A stretch of 5,971 bases of DNA from Turicibacter sp. (GTDB taxonomy: Bacteria > Bacillota > Clostridia > Lachnospirales > WQUN01), in assembly GCA_009778175.1 (NCBI GenBank), contig WRKH01000144.1, forward strand, positions 1 through 5,971. The letters run 5' to 3'. Position 1 is the stretch's first letter. Each line of letters begins with the position of its first letter. Both the position numbers and the translations under genes were made by a program. Below are positions 1-5,248 of this stretch, piece after piece. The notes beneath the pieces are model-generated. The model saw only the letters and a program-made list of their open reading frames with translations, ran no database searches and was not told where the DNA came from.

Positions 1-340
1 GGGAGTACACATTTTTTTTATAAGTGTGCGGATTAAGCCCCTTAAAATCAAAATAAAACACAGGAGCGGAGTTTACGTTCTCCCAAACATGGCTATTCTC
101 AATATACAGCCCCTTGAACAAATGCCGATTATCCTGCCTATCCGTTAAGAAACACCGCACCATATCCATGTTCAGGCTCTTTCCTAGCCGCCGTTGCCTT
201 GTAACCAGTTGCACCGAACTGCTTTCTTCCAAAAAATTCTCAATAAAGCGGGTTTTGTCTATGTATAAATTGCCCCTCTCTATCATTCGCTCGAATGACG
301 AGGTGCTTAAGTCTATCTTTTTTGGGTTGCCTACTACCAT
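1..340 (-). CDS. AAA-ATPase-like domain protein (PF09820-type; family members usually carry a C-terminal PD-(D/E)XK nuclease-like domain). Only the N-terminal 113 codons are present and the CDS continues past the left edge.
   Basis: My own reverse-strand translation from the ATG at 340..338 gives MVVGNPKKIDLSTSSFERMIERGNLYIDKTRFIENFLEESSSVQLVTRQRRLGKSLNMDMVRCFLTDRQDNRHLFKGLYIENSHVWENVNSAPVFYFDFKGLNPHTYKKNVYS. It is open to position 1. The family hallmarks as I remember them are present: YIDKTRFI, the Walker-A-like R(Q/P)RRxGKS, and PVFYFDF(K/N)G. An AAGGAG Shine-Dalgarno lies at 348..353 (minus), 7 nt before the ATG, and an in-frame TAA at 361..359 closes the frame upstream. The ORF is absent from the supplied track, presumably because it is edge-truncated. 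Confidence 0.8.
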   Translation of the reverse strand, partial: MVVGNPKKIDLSTSSFERMIERGNLYIDKTRFIENFLEESSSVQLVTRQRRLGKSLNMDMVRCFLTDRQDNRHLFKGLYIENSHVWENVNSAPVFYFDFKGLNPHTYKKNVYS

Positions 341-381
341 AATTCCACTCCTTTCCTCTTATCATCAGAGCCTATCAAAAA

Positions 382-1791
382 TCAAAATATTGCCCGAGCC
401 ACACAAACTCCCGAAGCACTAGCCTGAGCCAATCCTCTCGTTATACCAGCACCGTCGCCCGCACAGTAGAGTGCTTGAATATCCGTTTTTAGGGTAGAAT
501 CCAGGTTTGGGCGAGCAGAATAGAATTTCGCTTCCACGCCGTAAAATAGGGTATGATCCGATGCAAACCCTGGCGTTACCTTGTCCAGAGCAAAAGTCAT
601 CTCAATAATGCTTTTTAGCGTATTGTAAGGGAGTACCAAACCCAAATCGCCTGGGACAGCCTCTTTTAGCGTGGGTTCGACAAAACCTTCAGATATGCGT
701 TTTTCAGTGGAACGCCTCCCTCTTACAATATCTCCAAATCGCTGTAAAATGACACTGCCATTGGATAGATTGTTAGCATTTTTGCATATCCCTCGAGCGT
801 ACTCGTTTGGCTTATTGAACGGCTTTGTGAATTTGTGCGAAACTAGGAGTGCAAAATTAGTGTTTTGTGAGCCGTATTTTGCATCAAAATAGGCGTGCCC
901 GTTTGCGGAGACTACTCCCGAATGATTTTCCACCACCACATGACCTGATGGATTGGCACAAAAAGTGCGGACTTCCATACCCGTTGAGGAGTTGAAAATC
1001 AGTTTTGCCTCGTATAAATGTCGGTTAATATCCTGCATAATCACGTCCGAAACCTCGGCTCGTACGCCGATGTCTACCTGATTATAGGAGAGTTTGAGCT
1101 TGCATTTTTTAAGGATTTCAGAAAGCCAAGCCGAGCCGTTTCTGCCAGGAGCTAGTAAAACATTGTCGGCTGCGTAGGTTGTATTGCCCACCAAAACGCC
1201 CTTAGCAACGCCATTTTCGACTACAATATCGTCCACCTTTGTACCGAATACAATTTCCACCCTAGCTTTCAAGGAATTGAAAATGGATTCTAGGACGGTA
1301 AAATTCACTTCCGTACCCAAATGCCTAACCTTTGAGCGTAAGAGTTTCATGCCTGCACCATACACATTCTTCTCTATGCGGCGGACATATTCTGTGTTTG
1401 GATCGGTGGTGGCGGTGGGTGCACCATGCTCTAGGTTTATACTGTCCACATATTCGATTAGGGCAATCAGGTCAGCATTTGACATATATTCGCCAAGCCA
1501 GCCCCCAAATTCCGTGGTAATGTTAAATTTGCCATCAGAAAAAGCACCTGCACCACCGAAACCAGATGTTATCGAACAGGTCGGAAAACAACCCGACTCT
1601 GCGTTTTCGTGTTGGGGGCATTGGCTTATTTTTCTGTCCAAAATGGGGCATTTTCGCTTGTCGAGGCTTAGACCTTGCTCCAAAATTAGCACTTTTGCCG
1701 TTGGCTTAATTTTTACGGACTCATATGCTGCAAATATCCCCGCTGGTCCTGCTCCCACGATTATCAAATCGTACTTAGTTAAATTCATCAT
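382..1791 (-). CDS. NAD(FAD)-dependent oxidoreductase, COG2509-type uncharacterised FAD-dependent dehydrogenase
   Basis: 469-aa ORF. The N-terminal Rossmann dinucleotide motif YDLIIVGAGPAGIFAAYE starts at residue 7. A GFGGAGAFSDGKF motif follows a four-Cys stretch, and the C-terminal FAD motif LYCAGDGAGITRGLAQASASG is present. An in-frame TAG two codons upstream of the ATG fixes the start at 1791 or 1788. The stop is TGA at 384..382. Confidence 0.9.
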   Translation of the reverse strand: MMNLTKYDLIIVGAGPAGIFAAYESVKIKPTAKVLILEQGLSLDKRKCPILDRKISQCPQHENAESGCFPTCSITSGFGGAGAFSDGKFNITTEFGGWLGEYMSNADLIALIEYVDSINLEHGAPTATTDPNTEYVRRIEKNVYGAGMKLLRSKVRHLGTEVNFTVLESIFNSLKARVEIVFGTKVDDIVVENGVAKGVLVGNTTYAADNVLLAPGRNGSAWLSEILKKCKLKLSYNQVDIGVRAEVSDVIMQDINRHLYEAKLIFNSSTGMEVRTFCANPSGHVVVENHSGVVSANGHAYFDAKYGSQNTNFALLVSHKFTKPFNKPNEYARGICKNANNLSNGSVILQRFGDIVRGRRSTEKRISEGFVEPTLKEAVPGDLGLVLPYNTLKSIIEMTFALDKVTPGFASDHTLFYGVEAKFYSARPNLDSTLKTDIQALYCAGDGAGITRGLAQASASGVCVARAIF

Positions 1792-1797
1792 GGTCTA

Positions 1798-1826
1798 ATT
1801 ATACAGCCTTTCAAAAAAATTTTCAA
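1798..1826 (-). promoter_or_regulatory. Predicted sigma70-type promoter for the FAD-dependent oxidoreductase gene (leaderless configuration)
   Basis: The minus strand reads TTGAAA (1826..1821), a 17-nt spacer, TATAAT (1803..1798), TAGACC, then ATGATG. Exactly 6 nt separate the -10 hexamer from the ATG at 1791, so the canonical +1 falls on the A of the start codon. No Shine-Dalgarno fits in that space. Confidence 0.5.
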
Positions 1827-1833
1827 CTCCCCT

Positions 1834-1862
1834 TTGCAAACACTCCACCAATCTGTTATACT
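1834..1862 (+). promoter_or_regulatory. Predicted sigma70-type promoter with extended -10, driving the amidase gene
   Basis: TTGCAA (1834..1839), a 17-nt spacer ending in TGt (TG at 1854..1855), then TATACT (1857..1862). The predicted start near 1868..1869 gives a leader of about 93 nt before the ATG at 1962. Confidence 0.5.
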
Positions 1863-1897
1863 ACAAAAGTAGAACGAAATCACAACAAACAAAACGA

Positions 1898-1933
1898 GCG
1901 GGGCTCCCAGCCAGATGTAGGGCAGAGCCCTGC
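1898..1933. other. GC-rich inverted repeat (hairpin) in the amidase 5' leader and divergent intergenic region
   Basis: GCGGGGCTC (1898..1906) pairs with GAGCCCTGC (1925..1933). On the plus-strand RNA this is 9 bp including one G-U. A possible inner 3-bp stem pairs GCC (1910..1912) with GGC (1921..1923). On the minus strand the same stem, with a C-A mismatch, is followed by the T-rich TCGTTTTGTTTGTT. Confidence 0.3.
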
Positions 1934-1961
1934 GGTCTTAAATGTTTAGAGGGAGAAATAT

Positions 1962-3167
1962 ATGCAAAAAATTAGTGTAGTTCTTAGGATAATGATTGCA
2001 GCTGTGGTTGTGGTGGCTAGCTTTTTTGCCGTTGCAATTTTTACGGCGAATACTCTGTTTTATATGGTTGATGCGGTGGAAATGCCAGAAAATATAGACT
2101 TTGTACCCGAAAGTAACTCTGTAACCTTTGCTGAAATGTATCGCTATCTGGAAAATTATCACGGGATTGTTTTGAGCCTGGAAACATTGGATTTGCAAGA
2201 GTTTGCGGCTTTTAGAGGAACATTGGACGTGAGCGGCAGGACTGTTATTCTGTATATCAACGCAGAAACGGGCAAAGAATTTTTCAGAATAGGCGACTCG
2301 GTATCAACTGACTATGAGATGGTTGGAGATACCGCAGAACAATTAGCTAGAATCGATTTCGGGGAGATTTATCGCTATTTAGAAGCATACCATGGGACTG
2401 TTTTAACACTGGAAATAATCGAATCGAATAACACGTTTAGGGCAAAATTGGCAATAGACGGCGAGGGCATTATTCTATATATTCAGATGATGACGGGCGA
2501 AGAACTCCACAGGGTAGAGGGCTTGACATTAACTGCTGAAGAATCGAGGATTGCAGAGAGACGCAAGCCGCAGTCTATGTATATTTTAACGCCCGTGTAT
2601 AGCGATTATACGGGACGGTTTGTGGTTATAATCGATCCAGGTCATGGGGGCAGCCGACCAGGGGCTGTGCATGGAGGTATTCGAGAAAGTCATTTGAATT
2701 TGGCTGTGGCACAGAGAGTGGTTAGCCTAATCGAAAATAATCCCCATATTGTGGCATATATGACTAGAAATTCGGATATTGATATTGGACTTAGAGAGCG
2801 TTCCAATTTTGGTAATGCACACGGAAATCTGTTTGTTTCGATACATCATAACGCCGCTAATAATCGCAACGTCCACGGAATAGAGACATTTTTCGCAAAT
2901 TCTGGCTCGAATATTGATTTTGCTAGTGCTAGTTTTGCCCAAATTATGCAGAGAAACTTGATTGAACATCTAGGTTCGTATGACAGAGGGGTAAAAAGCA
3001 GACGTTTCGCCGTTTTGCGGCGTTCGCAAATCCCTGCCGTGCTGGTGGAACTAGGTTTTATGAGCAATCAAAGCGAATTTTCGAGAATACGCACAGAAGA
3101 ATTTCAAAATAGGGCGGCTTATGCTATTTATAACGGCATTTTGGAGGCTTTTTGGCATGAAAGATAG
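1962..3167 (+). CDS. Membrane-anchored N-acetylmuramoyl-L-alanine amidase (Amidase_3 / AmiC-CwlD type catalytic domain) with two N-terminal PepSY-like repeats
   Basis: 401-aa ORF with GGGAG at 1951..1955, 6 nt before the ATG. An N-terminal hydrophobic helix (IMIAAVVVVASFFAVAIF) acts as a signal anchor. The C-terminal domain begins about residue 219 (nt 2616) and carries the Amidase_3 signatures IIDPGHGG, RESHLNLAVA, LFVSIHHNA, GIETFF, DRGVK..RFAVLR and PAVLVELGFMSN. All Zn-ligand and catalytic His/Glu positions appear present. Confidence 0.9.
   Translation: MQKISVVLRIMIAAVVVVASFFAVAIFTANTLFYMVDAVEMPENIDFVPESNSVTFAEMYRYLENYHGIVLSLETLDLQEFAAFRGTLDVSGRTVILYINAETGKEFFRIGDSVSTDYEMVGDTAEQLARIDFGEIYRYLEAYHGTVLTLEIIESNNTFRAKLAIDGEGIILYIQMMTGEELHRVEGLTLTAEESRIAERRKPQSMYILTPVYSDYTGRFVVIIDPGHGGSRPGAVHGGIRESHLNLAVAQRVVSLIENNPHIVAYMTRNSDIDIGLRERSNFGNAHGNLFVSIHHNAANNRNVHGIETFFANSGSNIDFASASFAQIMQRNLIEHLGSYDRGVKSRRFAVLRRSQIPAVLVELGFMSNQSEFSRIRTEEFQNRAAYAIYNGILEAFWHER
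2121..2516 (+). repeat. Intragenic tandem duplication encoding two PepSY-like modules (repeat 1 at 2121..2291, repeat 2 at 2352..2516; offset 231 nt, 77 aa)
   Basis: Repeat 1 is VTFAEMYRYLENYHGIVLSLETLDLQEFAAFRGTLDVSGRTVILYINAETGKEFFRI. Repeat 2 is IDFGEIYRYLEAYHGTVLTLEIIESNNTFRAKLAIDGEGIILYIQMMTGEELHRV. My hand count gives 26 identities over 55 aligned positions. The similarity is also visible at DNA level, for example tatcgctatctggaaaattatcacggg against tatcgctatttagaagcataccatggg. Confidence 0.7.
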
Positions 3168-3172
3168 CGGAT

Positions 3173-3201
3173 TTGACTTTGCCGATAATCTGTGTTACAA
3201 T
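3173..3201 (+). promoter_or_regulatory. Predicted sigma70-type promoter with extended -10, directly upstream of the MetRS gene
   Basis: TTGACT (3173..3178), a 17-nt spacer ending in TGt (TG at 3193..3194), then TACAAT (3196..3201). The predicted start near 3208 gives a leader of only about 30 nt containing the GAGAGG Shine-Dalgarno (3224..3229). Confidence 0.55.
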
Positions 3202-3238
3202 CTACTTTAGAGTTCAATTTTTAGAGAGGTAGATACAC

Positions 3239-5212
3239 TTGAAAAAACCTTATTTTCCCAAAAAAGCGATTGTAACAAACGGTATGCCCTATGGCAATAA
3301 ACCCTTGCACTTCGGTCATGTGGGAGGGCTTTTTATACACTCCGATATTTACGCCCGTTTTTTGAGAGTTCGCATCGGTAAAGAGAATGTGATATATGTG
3401 AGCGGTGCGGATTGCTACGGCTCGGGTACGGAAGTGAAATTTAACGAGGCAAAAGATGGCGGATATTCTGGCACTATCGAAGATTTCGTTGCAGATTTTC
3501 ACAGGGAGCAAAAGGCTGTTTTGGATAGCTATAATGTGAGCCTTAATTTGTACGCAGCCTCGGCACTGCCGCCAGCGGCTGAAATTCATCACAAACTATC
3601 AGAAGAATTTTTTGAAGAGTGGCACGAAAACGGATTTTTAAAGCTAGATGAGGGGGAGCAGTTTTTTGATGTGGAGAAAAATTCTGTTCTAAATGGCAGA
3701 CAGGTGGAAGGGCGTTGCCCCATCGTTGGATGCCGCTCCGAAGTGGCGTATGCCGATGAATGTTCGCTTGGTCATCAGTATAGTCCGCATGAGCTCATTG
3801 CCCCAAAATCCGTGATTAGCGGCACAGTACCCGTACTAAAGCCGATAAAAAACTGGTATTTTGATTTGGAATGTTTTGAAGGAGCCTTGAAAGATAGGCA
3901 GGTTCTGCAGAGAGAAGAGGGGATTAGCCGCAAATTTTTGCTGTCCAATATCGATGATTTTTTGAAAAAGCCCGCCATTTTAATAAGCAACCAGCATGAT
4001 TTTGAAAAATTGCGTACGGTTTGCGAGCAGATGCCCAAACACGAGGCAGAGTTTAACGAGGGCAAAAAATCCGCTACACTTGTCTTTAACAACCTAAAGG
4101 ACAGGGAAATATCCTGCAAGTTACTAAGAGGGGCAGAGATACGTTTTCGCACGGGTACTACCCTGACTCCATTCAGATTGACGGGCAATGTGAATTGGGG
4201 GATACCAGCCCCTAAAAGAGAGGGCGTGAACGATCAAACCTTTTGGTGCTGGCCTGAATCTTTGTGGGCTCCCATTTCCTTTGTGCAAACTTATTTAGAG
4301 CTTGAGGATAGAGCGGATGATTGGCGGGATTGGTGGTTTAACGAGGAATCACGGGTATATCAGTTTATCGGCGAAGATAATATCTATTTTTATTCGGTGG
4401 CGGGGATAGGCTTGTTTATGGCAATAAACGAGATTGAACAACGAGATATGCAGACTAATTTGCCGATAATAATACCCAACAGGCACGTATTCTTTGGGAA
4501 CAGCAAAGCCTCTAGCAGCGGCGAGTTAAAACCGCCGCAGGCGGCGGAATTGCTAGAACACTACACAGTAGAGCAGTTACGGATGCATTTTGCACATATG
4601 GCATTGCACGGCAATAGTTCCTCGTTTTTCCCCAAAGCGGTCATAAAAAAATATTTGCAAGACGGTGTATCTTTGCCTGAAAGCATGGCGAAAAATTTGG
4701 ATAGTTTCGATGCGACTTTGGCGGAGGGGAATATTTTAACCAATGTATATAATCGGCTTGTACGCTCCTGTTTCTATACCGTACAAAAATATTATGATGG
4801 GAAATTGCCGCAGATTCCGATAACGCCCGCTATTTTGGAGCAGGCGATGGCGATAATCGACAACTATGAGTGGGCAATGTATCGTTTTGAGTTTGCTAAA
4901 GTCATAGACTTAATGGACGTTTATCTGCGTAACGCCAATAAAACTTGGTCTGCCAATATAAAGGATGAAAGCAGGATAGCCCAAACTCTGGTTGATGCTT
5001 TCCACGAGGTACGCACAGCCGCTACTTTATTGCACCCATTTGCACCAGACGGCACTGAGCGTATACGCCATTATTTGAATATTGATGAACGATTGTGGGA
5101 TTGGAATTTTATTGATAAGCCCATAGATTTTTTCATTACCCCCGAGCATGATTTTGTGTTTTTAGAACCAAAAGTTGACTTTTTTCATAAGCATCCTTCA
5201 CAGCTTACATGA
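3239..5212 (+). CDS. metG: Methionine--tRNA ligase (class I aaRS, E. coli/archaeal-like subtype), atypical variant without a C-terminal tRNA-binding appendix
   Basis: 657-aa ORF colinear by eye with E. coli MetRS. [11 protein letters not shown] matches PYANGSIHLGH (the HIGH motif). [42 protein letters not shown] matches [54 protein letters not shown] matches YHFIGKDIVYFHS. The anticodon-binding helices carry N505-x3-R509 and W570, matching E. coli N391, R395 and W461. The start is TTG at 3239: an in-frame TAG lies at 3230..3232, and the first ATG (M16) would delete the conserved first beta-strand. The stop is TGA at 5210..5212. Confidence 0.8.
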   Translation: [657 protein letters not shown]

Positions 5213-5248
5213 TGCTAGCTTGAGACATGAAGACGGGAGGCATCTTGT

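Noticed and set aside
12-19. T8 homopolymer (A8 on the coding strand, codons TAT AAA AAA AAT) inside the AAA-ATPase-like CDS, as a possible slipped-strand phase-variation tract
   Set aside because: Eight A/T bases is short for a contingency locus and common in moderately AT-rich genomes. Nothing in this single sequence shows length variation.
114-422. Plus-strand 102-aa ORF from the supplied track
   Set aside because: It lies antisense to the well-supported minus-strand AAA-ATPase-like CDS and overlaps the 3' end of the FAD gene. It has no Shine-Dalgarno, no recognisable motif, and a Ser/Leu/Lys-rich shadow-frame composition.
671-1798. Plus-strand ORFs of 73, 204 and 62 aa (671..892, 1184..1798, 1332..1520) inside the FAD gene
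   Set aside because: They are antisense shadow ORFs of a strongly supported 469-aa gene. They have no motifs or ribosome-binding sites, and the 204-aa one would run through the promoter region into the divergent intergenic space.
1938-3067. Minus-strand ORFs of 86, 80 and 73 aa (1938..2198, 2727..2969, 2846..3067) inside the amidase gene
   Set aside because: They are antisense shadows of the amidase CDS, with low-complexity, unrecognisable sequence and no translation signals.
3201-3233. A 7-bp stem (TCTACTT with AGGTAGA, including one G-U) that would sequester the MetRS Shine-Dalgarno, plus a 7-nt direct repeat TTTAGAG at 3206..3212 and 3220..3226
   Set aside because: The stem is AT-rich with a 19-nt loop and therefore weak. 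Its 5' arm overlaps the -10 hexamer and would be absent from transcripts started at the predicted promoter. A 7-nt repeat in AT-rich intergenic DNA is within chance expectation.
3168-3238. Search for a T-box riboswitch, attenuator or terminator between the amidase and MetRS genes
   Set aside because: The gap is only 71 nt, and 29 of those are the predicted promoter. I found no specifier-loop or T-box consensus, and no GC-rich stem with a U-tract.
3221-4743. Minus-strand ORFs of 123, 137 and 60 aa (3221..3592, 3775..4188, 4561..4743) inside the MetRS gene
   Set aside because: They are antisense shadows of the MetRS CDS, with no motifs or Shine-Dalgarno sequences.
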